Assembly (NCBI GenBank): GCA_902538185.1
Contig: CACBED010000001.1
Coordinates: forward strand, 34,195-98,194
Length of the DNA stretch: 64,000 bases
DNA from: an uncultured OCS116 cluster bacterium
GTDB taxonomy: Bacteria > Pseudomonadota > Alphaproteobacteria > Rhizobiales > TMED25
Direction of reading: 5' to 3'
Each line of letters opens with the position of its first letter. Position 1 is the stretch's first letter. Position numbers and translations under genes: made by a program. This document shows positions 26,428 to 37,307 of the stretch, piece by piece. The notes beneath the pieces are model-generated. The model had not been told where the DNA came from. It did not search any database and was given only the letters and a program-made list of their open reading frames with translations.

Positions 26428-27157
26428 TTTGCGCCAATGCGGAAATTATGGATGGATCGGTCTCAATTGGACCGGAAATAGGAGGTTTTAATGACCATGG
26501 TAATCCTTCAGTTGCCTCTGCAAAGGTAAAATTATCAAGCATACTATGTAGCAACCAACCATCATCCGACATTATAAATTTTGCTTTATCGGTTATCAGA
26601 ACTGAGGGACCTTCTGGCAAATTTAGTTGCTCTCTAATTTTCTTAATATCCCTCCCAGAGCCAGGGCTAGTTGCAAAATCAACAGTGTCAACAAACCGCC
26701 TCGGATCATGAGGCATCAGAATAATTAAATTTGGTATTAAACATGCAATATCATGTGCTCCACCCGACCCGACCATCCTTATCTTTGGATCATCATAGCC
26801 TCCAATAACGGTTGAATTTAAGTTTCCAAATTTATCAATTTGGGCTGCAGATAGTAAACCAACATCTATTCTACCGGCCTGCAAATCTGAAAACACGGTG
26901 AGACTATCTGTTATCATATCCGCACCGTGTGCGATTGATGGGCTACCAGTCGAATAAGACTTAGAAAGAGGTAGAGCACCAATTGCGCCTGACTCATAAA
27001 TAAGATTGAGCTCTGGTTCGACACTGAGTTTTGCCAAGCATGCTGCGTCGGATGGAATACCAATCCCAACAAAACAGGACTTGTGCCCCACAAGTTCGGA
27101 TGCTGCAATTATCGCGATCCGCTTATTTGGGCTGTATTCTCTGTAGTCAATCTTCAT
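26417..27157 (-). CDS. Family I CoA-transferase subunit B (glutaconate CoA-transferase-like)
   Basis: 246 aa with the catalytic-Glu context LIYESGAIG. Its start overlaps the 3' end of the subunit A gene by 11 nt. Confidence 0.8.
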   Translation of the reverse strand: MKIDYREYSPNKRIAIIAASELVGHKSCFVGIGIPSDAACLAKLSVEPELNLIYESGAIGALPLSKSYSTGSPSIAHGADMITDSLTVFSDLQAGRIDVGLLSAAQIDKFGNLNSTVIGGYDDPKIRMVGSGGAHDIACLIPNLIILMPHDPRRFVDTVDFATSPGSGRDIKKIREQLNLPEGPSVLITDKAKFIMSDDGWLLHSMLDNFTFAEATEGLPWSLKPPISGPIETDPSIISALAQINY

Positions 27158-28040
27158 TTTTTACTCCGCATAGCCCCTCTTCAAGCTCTTTGATTTTTGT
27201 ATTTCCAATTATCTTTTTATATTCTTTTATATTTCTAACATCATGAACCCAATTTTTAAGGTAGCTAGATAGTTTATCCTCATCTCTTGATGTTGCATCA
27301 TATTCAATATAATGATCATCATCCCTTGAATAATAACCCGAAACGTATGATGGGTATGCACCCCATGGAAGTTCAATAATATTAGAAACTCTGTGCGATG
27401 GTATAACTGTTTTTTCGGGTGACTCTTTTATTTTTGAATTACTAATAATTTTTTCAACACTGACAATAATCTTATCTGATGCAAGCGCCCCTTCAATAGT
27501 GTCACCGTCAATACCCCACATTTGAACATTTCCATACTTATCAGCACATTGCGCGTGTATGAGTGCAATATCAGGCTTTAGCGCGGGAATTGCCGAAAAT
27601 TTGTGCCCTGTGTATGGACATGTAATTTGTTTTAAATAAGCAATATTACTAGGCTTATCTCCAATCTGAAGAATCTTTGATGGGACAAAACTAACACCCA
27701 TCCTTGCTGCATGTAATCTCATTATGATCGACTGATTTGTCCACTCTTCAATCTCTATTGATTTTTTTTTGTATGCTCTGCTAAATGAGTGCGACAAACC
27801 AACAGTTGGATTCCCAACATAACCAAAAATTATTTTTTTTACAATTTCAGATGCTATTAATTGGTCGAATAAAATATCTGCCCCCGATCGGCAAATGGTT
27901 AAATCAACTATTTTTTGGCGTATGAGCTCATGCGAGAGATAGAATGGTATTAAGTGACCAAAGCCGCCGATAAATATAGTATCACCAGCATTTACATTAT
28001 TCTTTATTGCGTGTTGTACTGTTGAAGTTTTATCAATCAT
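27147..28040 (-). CDS. Family I CoA-transferase subunit A (glutaconate CoA-transferase-like)
   Basis: 297 aa with N-terminal GDTIFIGGFG, typical of CoA-transferase alpha subunits. Paired with subunit B. Confidence 0.8.
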   Translation of the reverse strand: MIDKTSTVQHAIKNNVNAGDTIFIGGFGHLIPFYLSHELIRQKIVDLTICRSGADILFDQLIASEIVKKIIFGYVGNPTVGLSHSFSRAYKKKSIEIEEWTNQSIIMRLHAARMGVSFVPSKILQIGDKPSNIAYLKQITCPYTGHKFSAIPALKPDIALIHAQCADKYGNVQMWGIDGDTIEGALASDKIIVSVEKIISNSKIKESPEKTVIPSHRVSNIIELPWGAYPSYVSGYYSRDDDHYIEYDATSRDEDKLSSYLKNWVHDVRNIKEYKKIIGNTKIKELEEGLCGVKNED

Positions 28041-28052
28041 AAAATTTGATTT

Positions 28053-29252
28053 TTAAATAACGTTCTTTGTATGAAGTTCTTTTATATACTCTTCATCGTA
28101 TCCAAGGGAGGATAAAACATCATAGTTATCTTCTCCAAGAAGCGGTGGCGCTTTATCTATCTGCGCTGGTGTATCCGAAAATCTATATGGGACACCCAAC
28201 ATCTTAAGTGTTCCAGCTTCTGAATGCTCTATATTTACGACCATGTCATTGGCTATCGTCTGTTCGTCTGCTAGCGCGCTTTCAACAGAATTCACAGCGC
28301 TTGCAGGTATGTCTGAACTCAATAGCTTCTCGAGCCATTCTGTAACTGTTTTGCCAGCAATAACATTCTGTATTTCTTGATCTATTAATTGTCTGTTTAT
28401 TACTCTGTCAGCATTTTTAGTGAACCTTATATCTGTTGCCCACTCTTCTTTGTTCAAACATGCGGCAAATTTTGCAAATTGAGTATCGTTTCCAACAGCG
28501 ATAGCAATACTACCATCATTCGCCTCAAAAGTCCTGTAGGGCACGATATTTGGATGCCCATTTCCAAATCGTCTTGCTGGCTTACCGCTAACAAGGTGAT
28601 TAGCCGCAACATTAACTAACATCGAAATGCTGGTTGTGTACAAGCTGGTCTCTACTTTTTGCCCTTTACCAGTGTTGTATCTGGAATTTAATGCTCCCAA
28701 AATAGATATTGTTGCATTCATCCCTGTACATATATCGACTAATGCAACACCAACTTTCATCGGTTCTCCGTTTTCTTCACCTGTGATACTCATTAGCCCA
28801 CTTTCAGCTTGAAGCAGAAAGTCATACCCTGGTCTTTTACCTCTTGGACCTCTACCACCATATCCTGTAATCTGGCAATGTATGAGCTGAGGTGCTTCTT
28901 TCTCTCTCCATTCGTCACTGATCCCATAGCTATCCATTGTGCCATACTTAAAATTTTCTATCAGAACGTCAGCTTCCTTGAGCAGTCGTTTAAGGATGTC
29001 GATACCTTCCTGAGATTTTAAGTTTAATGTCACACTTTTTTTATTTCTGTTGATACCGAGGAAATATGCAGCTTCACTCCCTGCAAATGGAGGGCCCCAC
29101 GCTCTTGTGTCATCACCTTTTCCGGGTTGCTCAATCTTGATGATTTCTGCACCCATATCTCCAAGATTCATAGTACAAAATGGACCCGCCAATATTCTGC
29201 TTAAGTCTAGCACCTTAATGCCAGTTAGAGGGCCCTGTTCTTTTTTAGCCAT
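28053..29252 (-). CDS. Family III CoA-transferase (CaiB/BaiF family)
   Basis: 399 aa with GPLTGIKVLDLSRILAGPFCTMNLGDMGAEIIKIEQPGKGDDTR, the family N-terminal signature. Confidence 0.88.
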   Translation of the reverse strand: MAKKEQGPLTGIKVLDLSRILAGPFCTMNLGDMGAEIIKIEQPGKGDDTRAWGPPFAGSEAAYFLGINRNKKSVTLNLKSQEGIDILKRLLKEADVLIENFKYGTMDSYGISDEWREKEAPQLIHCQITGYGGRGPRGKRPGYDFLLQAESGLMSITGEENGEPMKVGVALVDICTGMNATISILGALNSRYNTGKGQKVETSLYTTSISMLVNVAANHLVSGKPARRFGNGHPNIVPYRTFEANDGSIAIAVGNDTQFAKFAACLNKEEWATDIRFTKNADRVINRQLIDQEIQNVIAGKTVTEWLEKLLSSDIPASAVNSVESALADEQTIANDMVVNIEHSEAGTLKMLGVPYRFSDTPAQIDKAPPLLGEDNYDVLSSLGYDEEYIKELHTKNVI

Positions 29253-29269
29253 AAATTGTCCTTTTTGCG

Positions 29270-30136
29270 CTAGTTAGGTCTCTCGTTTTCATCATTATCA
29301 AGTCCATCAAGGTATGCCTCAACATTTTCTTTTCTTCTTTCACGGAACTGCTGAAAGTCGGGTTTCCTTTTTTCGAGAAATGCATTCATACCTTCAAGAG
29401 ACTCTTCAGAACCCCATACATGAGCGAGGAGTTCCATACCATGCTGCCAACTTGCATATAACGTATCAGAGTCATGATTGAGTGATTTCTTTGTCTGTCT
29501 TATGGTCTGACCGCTTCTCTCAATAAGCCCCTCGCACCACTTTTGGGTTTCTTCGTCTAACTTATCTTTTGGAACCACTTTATTGATTAATCCGATGCTA
29601 ACAGCTTCTTCTGCAGTGAATCGTCTCGCCATAAAAATCATTTCCTTTGCCAACCTTGACCCAATTAGTTGTGGAAGATATTGAGTTGCCCCAACAGTAG
29701 GACAAGCCCCTACTACTGCACCGCTTTGGCCAAATATTGCGTCATCTGCAGCAATAACCAAATCACACCAAAGTGCAAGCTCGTGACCACCACCCATGCA
29801 GTAGCCATGAACAGATGCAACTACTGGTATTGGTAGGCCTCTAATAGCCATTGCTAGCGCTAACATGCGGTCATTCCAGTGCGCTGCGTTGATCCAATCT
29901 AATCTCATCATTGCATGAAAATCACCACCTGCAGAGAAAGCCTTATCACCGACTCCATTAATCACAACACACACGATTGATGGATCGTTACGCGTAGATA
30001 GAACAGCGTCAGTTAACTCATCCAGAGTCTGCTCACGGAATGCATTTCTTACTTCAGGTCTATTTATTGAAATCCATGCAACATTGTTTCTAATTTCAAA
30101 TAATACTTCTTTATATTCACCACCAGCTTTTGACAT
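29270..30136 (-). CDS. Crotonase-superfamily enzyme of the MenB/BadI-like branch
   Basis: 288 aa with INRPEVRNAF, GDKAFSAGGD, GGGHELALWCDLVIAADDAIFGQSG and EGMNAFLEKRKPDFQQF. These parallel E. coli MenB INRPQVRNAF / GDKAFCSGGD / GGGH..CDLTIAADNAIFGQTG / KRQPDFSKF. Confidence 0.85.
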   Translation of the reverse strand: MSKAGGEYKEVLFEIRNNVAWISINRPEVRNAFREQTLDELTDAVLSTRNDPSIVCVVINGVGDKAFSAGGDFHAMMRLDWINAAHWNDRMLALAMAIRGLPIPVVASVHGYCMGGGHELALWCDLVIAADDAIFGQSGAVVGACPTVGATQYLPQLIGSRLAKEMIFMARRFTAEEAVSIGLINKVVPKDKLDEETQKWCEGLIERSGQTIRQTKKSLNHDSDTLYASWQHGMELLAHVWGSEESLEGMNAFLEKRKPDFQQFRERRKENVEAYLDGLDNDENERPN

Positions 30137-30181
30137 TTTTACCTCTGCTAATTTTATTAAATTTTTGACAAATGAAAATTA

Positions 30182-30631
30182 TCATTCTTTTTCATGCTCT
30201 TCAACCTCAATCAGTGCACCGCAAACCTCACTTGGGTGAATAAAATATAAATTTCTTCCATGATAACCTGTTGTTGGTTCTGATAAGATATTTATTTTCT
30301 TTTCTTTTTGGTCTCCATACGCCTGGTTGAGATCCCTAACGGCAAGACAATAATGGTGTAATCCACCTTTTGGATTTTTTCGTAAATAATTAGCGATAGG
30401 GGATTTATCACTCAAGGGTTCCATGAGCTCAATCTTTAAATTTGCAAAAGATACCATCGCAATCTTGATGTCTTGCTTTTCTATTATTTTGATATCAGAT
30501 ACTTTAGCGCCAAAAACTGTTTTATATTGACTTATCGCATCTTCAATATTTGGAACTGCATGTGCAATATGGTCTACGCTAAAATTGGAATGATCCATCT
30601 CAATCTCATCATTACTCATAATTTTATACAT
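30182..30631 (-). CDS. VOC-superfamily protein, methylmalonyl-CoA epimerase-like
   Basis: 149 aa with VDHIAHAVPNIEDA...IELMEP...GGLHHYCLAV, the glyoxalase/MCE metal-ligand pattern (H, E, H, E-type). Confidence 0.75.
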   Translation of the reverse strand: MYKIMSNDEIEMDHSNFSVDHIAHAVPNIEDAISQYKTVFGAKVSDIKIIEKQDIKIAMVSFANLKIELMEPLSDKSPIANYLRKNPKGGLHHYCLAVRDLNQAYGDQKEKKINILSEPTTGYHGRNLYFIHPSEVCGALIEVEEHEKE

Positions 30632-30756
30632 AAAAAATAAAAATAATTATCTATACTATTTAATATATGAATAAAAAAAAATCTATGTTTAATGAAAAAT
30701 ATTTTATATGGTACTTTATATGTTCAACTCAAGATAACTTACTGTGAGGAAATTCA

Positions 30757-31677
30757 ATGCTAAATCCTTTTAATCAACCAGAACTAATAAAAGCTGAGGT
30801 ATTCACTGAACTACCAGAAAAATACAGGGATACGAGACAAACGGCATGGTCAAACCCAAATAGACAAGGTGCAAAAGTGAATCAATTTCTTGAAGGCCCC
30901 TCTTTTGACAGAAATGGTAATTTGTATGTAACAGATATTCCTTTCGGTAGAATTTTTAAGATATCTCCAGACGGTGAATGGGATATTGTTTGTGAATATG
31001 ATGGTTGGCCAAATGGATTAAAATTCCATAAAGATGGCTCCGCTTATATTGCCTGCTATAAACAAGGCTTAATGAAATTAGACGTAAACTCAGGATCGAT
31101 TGAGCCAATAATAGAGACTATGTATTCTGAGGGATTTAAAGGCCTAAATGATCTTCACTTTACATCAAACGGAGATCTATATTTTACTGACCAAGGTCAG
31201 ACGGGAATAATAGATCCAACCGGTAGGGTATTTAGGCTAACTGCAGGTGGTGAATTACATAAACTTGTGACAAACGCACCGAGCCCAAATGGTATAACGG
31301 TGAATAATTCCGAAAATCAAGTGTATGTAGCTATTACAAGGTCTCAACAAATATGGCGACTGCCTCTAATGGCAGATAACAGTGTGAGCAAAAGCGGTGT
31401 TGCAATACAGTTATCTGGGGGACATGCTGGACCAGATGGACTTGAAATGGATTCCGAAGACGGAATGATTGTAAATCACTTAGGGGTCGGTGTTTGGAGA
31501 TTTGATAGTAATTGTCTGCCAACACATCTTATTTATACGGATAATCATAGTTTGATGACAAATACGGCATTTGGTGGCCCAGATAGAAAAACGCTCTATA
31601 TAACCGACTCAATGAATGGAAGGATAATGAGGGCTTCATTACCGGTTGCGGGCAAACTTTTATATGGATTATCCTAG
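30757..31677 (+). CDS. SMP-30/gluconolactonase/LRE-family beta-propeller hydrolase
   Basis: 306 aa with EGPSFDRNGNLYVTD, PNGL, LNDL and PDGLEMD repeats typical of the six-bladed lactonase fold. Confidence 0.8.
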   Translation: MLNPFNQPELIKAEVFTELPEKYRDTRQTAWSNPNRQGAKVNQFLEGPSFDRNGNLYVTDIPFGRIFKISPDGEWDIVCEYDGWPNGLKFHKDGSAYIACYKQGLMKLDVNSGSIEPIIETMYSEGFKGLNDLHFTSNGDLYFTDQGQTGIIDPTGRVFRLTAGGELHKLVTNAPSPNGITVNNSENQVYVAITRSQQIWRLPLMADNSVSKSGVAIQLSGGHAGPDGLEMDSEDGMIVNHLGVGVWRFDSNCLPTHLIYTDNHSLMTNTAFGGPDRKTLYITDSMNGRIMRASLPVAGKLLYGLS

Positions 31678-31718
31678 TTAGAGTTTTAAAATATTGATAG
31701 GGATATATTGGTGTAATT

Positions 31719-32912
31719 ATGAATAATGCTCAATTCATTAATGATCTTAATGATACATGTAAAGCAATTTTAAAAGAGAAATACCCTGTTTTTAGTGAGG
31801 CAGAATATCAAAGAAGATTTTCCCTTATTGAGACTGTCATCAAACAAAAAAAATTAGATAAAGTTATCATATATGAAGCACTTGGCTCAGGTAATGCTGT
31901 ACAATATTTTACTGGATGGCATACAACACAAGAAGCTCTTGTTGAGATTAGAGAAAATGAAAATTTAAATTTGTACGTAGAACATTACAATCACCTCCCA
32001 ATGGCTGAGAAGCTTATCAATAATAGAACAAAATTATTTTGGGGGCAAAGACAACTCGCAAATAAAATATTACCTGAAATGATAGATGACCTCGGTCAAA
32101 ATAATACCATAGGAATAATTGGGAGATTACCATACAACTATATAACCATGCTTCAGCAAAAAAATATAAAAATCATTGACATCTCCAAAGACTATAATTT
32201 GATGAGATCAATAAAAAGTAATGAGGAAATATCATGGATGAAAATTGCTGCTGCACTCACAGACGAGGGTATAAATAATATTGTCTCAAACTTAAAGCCG
32301 GGCCTCAATGAACACGAGATGTCTGAGATAACCCAGTGCGGTTATTTAAAGCATGGAGGTCACAAGATAATCAATTTCTTTGGAATCACGGATATGGATA
32401 ATCCAGAAAATTGTGTTCCGTATCAATATACATCAAACAAAAACATTACACAAAATGATATAATTACAACTGAGATAAGCTCCCACTTTTGGAATTATCC
32501 AGGACAAGTACTCAGAACCATCGGCTTTAAAAAAATGACCCCACTGTATAATGACTTACACGATGTAGGTGATGAGGTCTTCAGTACTATTTTTTCGATT
32601 CTGAAAGATGGGACAACAATTGAAGATATCAATGCAGTATCATCTAAAATTGAGGATGGTAGTTTTTCAATCTGGGATGACCTAATTCATGGTTATGGGG
32701 GTGGCTATTTAGACCCAGTACTTGGAACAAAAAGTCGTCCGGCTAGCAGTTATGAAGGATTCACATTTAAAGAAAATATGACGGTTGTTATTCAGCCCAA
32801 TGTCATAACAAATGACCATAAGGCTGGTATTCAGACTGGAGAATTAGTTCATATACGAAAAGATAAGACGGTTAGAATGCACAGTTTCAAGATGGGATAT
32901 ATTGAACTGTAA
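31719..32912 (+). CDS. M24-family (creatinase / Xaa-Pro peptidase fold) hydrolase with atypical metal site
   Basis: 397 aa with a creatinase-type N-domain plus a pita-bread C-domain (NDIITTEIS...NYPGQVLRT...IHGYGGG...VVIQPN...GELVH). Confidence 0.75.
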   Translation: MNNAQFINDLNDTCKAILKEKYPVFSEAEYQRRFSLIETVIKQKKLDKVIIYEALGSGNAVQYFTGWHTTQEALVEIRENENLNLYVEHYNHLPMAEKLINNRTKLFWGQRQLANKILPEMIDDLGQNNTIGIIGRLPYNYITMLQQKNIKIIDISKDYNLMRSIKSNEEISWMKIAAALTDEGINNIVSNLKPGLNEHEMSEITQCGYLKHGGHKIINFFGITDMDNPENCVPYQYTSNKNITQNDIITTEISSHFWNYPGQVLRTIGFKKMTPLYNDLHDVGDEVFSTIFSILKDGTTIEDINAVSSKIEDGSFSIWDDLIHGYGGGYLDPVLGTKSRPASSYEGFTFKENMTVVIQPNVITNDHKAGIQTGELVHIRKDKTVRMHSFKMGYIEL

Positions 32913-32928
32913 GTTGATTGGTTAAAAA

Positions 32929-35385
<2,457 letters not shown>

Positions 35386-35437
35386 TCAATGTTAATATTA
35401 GATAAAAAAAAACGTGATTCTGCAAGTTTTTAATCGA

Positions 35438-36604
35438 TTAGACCCCATTGTGATCTAGTTTTCCATCATTAATATTAAATATGTCTGTTTTATCACTTAT
35501 GCAGTCAAACAAATGTTCGGATGTACCCGTTAACCAAGTCTGTGAACCAATATCCCCAATCTGCTCAAATAAATTTGAAACCCGCTCATTATCCATATGG
35601 GCAGTAATCTCATCCAATAAAAGTATCGGTGATGTACCATTATTTATTTCTTGATACACTCTTGCTTCAGCTAAAATCACTGAAACAAGAAGATTTTTTT
35701 GTTCTCCAGTCGAACAGTTCTCAGCGTACATATCATTCTTATTATAATAAAGCGTAAAATCAGTTCTGTGGGGGCCTACGTTAGTTCTAAACGTGTCTCG
35801 ATCTTTTATGCGGAATTGAAAAAATAATTTTTGAAGCTGTTCTTCTATTTCTATCATTGATGATCTTGTATTTATATCACCAAGCTCCTCTCTCATAACA
35901 ATCTTAGCTGATGGAAATAAGTTATTTTTTACTTCTGCATCCATGATTTTGTTTAGTCTATTTGTCGCAATTTGGCGTGATATAAGTATGTTTGCAGCAA
36001 TTTTTGATATCTGTTTCTCTATTTTATCAAGCCAACTTTTCTTATCATCCATGTCCACCAGAACCCTATTTCTTTGCATGATTAGTCGATCATAATCTTT
36101 AATATTTTTCTCATGGATTGGTTCAATTAAACAAACCAACTTATCAAAGAATTTCCTCCTGTCTGTTCTTTGCCCAATAAAAAGTCTGTCCATTTGGGGC
36201 GTAAGCCAAATAATCCCAATGTAATCGGTAAATTCCCGAGAGCTTTTTAGAAATTTCCCGTCCACACGGCACTGCCTAGCTCTACCTTCCATTATTTGTG
36301 AACTGCCTATGCCTGTTCCTAATTTTGTTATTCCCTTAGCTGTTTTTACCTCCATAAATATTGACCATCCACCATTCCCCTTGATGTTTGATTGCTCAGA
36401 TAATTGGGCGCCTCTTAAGCCTTTCCCAGAAGAAAACATTGAAACAGCTTCAATGACGTTTGTTTTTCCCGACCCATTTTTTCCAACGAAAGCAACAAAT
36501 TTTTTATCGGTTTCTATAGATGTAAAACTATGATTTCGAAAATCTGTCAGGTTCAACTTGCTAATGTCAACAAAATTTGAAGCTGCTTTTTCTACTTTAT
36601 CCAT
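35438..36604 (-). CDS. recF: DNA replication and repair protein RecF
   Basis: 388 aa with Walker A GKNGSGKTN, signature STGEQK and LLDEITAHMD. Lies upstream of gyrB. Confidence 0.9.
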   Translation of the reverse strand: MDKVEKAASNFVDISKLNLTDFRNHSFTSIETDKKFVAFVGKNGSGKTNVIEAVSMFSSGKGLRGAQLSEQSNIKGNGGWSIFMEVKTAKGITKLGTGIGSSQIMEGRARQCRVDGKFLKSSREFTDYIGIIWLTPQMDRLFIGQRTDRRKFFDKLVCLIEPIHEKNIKDYDRLIMQRNRVLVDMDDKKSWLDKIEKQISKIAANILISRQIATNRLNKIMDAEVKNNLFPSAKIVMREELGDINTRSSMIEIEEQLQKLFFQFRIKDRDTFRTNVGPHRTDFTLYYNKNDMYAENCSTGEQKNLLVSVILAEARVYQEINNGTSPILLLDEITAHMDNERVSNLFEQIGDIGSQTWLTGTSEHLFDCISDKTDIFNINDGKLDHNGV

Positions 36605-36639
36605 AAATTATATATTATAGCCAGATTAAGATATTTAAA

Positions 36640-37236
36640 TTATTTATTTGACTTACTGACGCCAACTCTTGCAGGTCTAAGAATTCTTTCGTTTATACGA
36701 TAGCCTGGTTCTACCAGATGAACAACTATTCCGGTCTCTTTTTCCGTGTCAGGAACTTCAAACATTGCTTCATGTAAAGTTGGGTCAAATTTTTCACCAG
36801 TAGGGTCAAATCTCTCAATACCATTTCTCTCGAGTATTTGGGTGAGGGACCTCATTGTTAATTGTACCCCTTCAGATAAGGTTTTAGTTGTTTCGTTATT
36901 ATCGAGGTTGATGTCCTTGATGCTATCTAGTGCTCTTTCTAGATCATCAGCTACGGTAACTATATCCCGAGCAAATTTTGTTGTTGAATACTTAATTGCA
37001 TCTTCTTTTTCCTTTAGACTTCTTTTTCGATAATTTTCCATCTCGGCGGCCATTCTTAAAATTCGATCGTTTGCCTCTTCTAGCATTTCAGTTAAATCAG
37101 GCTTATCCTTTGTCGCCTCACTCATGGAGCCCCCATCCTCAAGGTCTGACTCGTTGACTAATGCCGAGTCCTCCATTAGGTTCTCAATATCCTCATGTAA
37201 TTCTGGTTCTTTTTGTTTATCCTTTTTATCTTTCAT
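36640..37236 (-). CDS. grpE: Nucleotide exchange factor GrpE
   Basis: 198 aa reading R..AE.EN.RKR...E.......F.......DDLERAL, with a C-terminal beta domain ending RPA.V.VS. Confidence 0.92.
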   Translation of the reverse strand: MKDKKDKQKEPELHEDIENLMEDSALVNESDLEDGGSMSEATKDKPDLTEMLEEANDRILRMAAEMENYRKRSLKEKEDAIKYSTTKFARDIVTVADDLERALDSIKDINLDNNETTKTLSEGVQLTMRSLTQILERNGIERFDPTGEKFDPTLHEAMFEVPDTEKETGIVVHLVEPGYRINERILRPARVGVSKSNK

Positions 37237-37307
37237 TGACTTGCCAATCTTCTAAATTATTTAAATTCATAATAACTGTTGATCTTATTATATTCAATAT
37301 CACAAAT

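Noticed and set aside
25057-32912. Interpreting the cluster as ectoine degradation (M24 DoeA-like plus class III DoeD-like transaminase) or as the carnitine cai operon (CaiB plus crotonase CaiD)
   Set aside because: For ectoine, no DoeB deacetylase or adjacent DoeC/Asp-semialdehyde-type dehydrogenase is present. For carnitine, caiA, caiC and caiT are absent and the crotonase looks MenB/BadI-like rather than CaiD-like. Neither assignment is supported.
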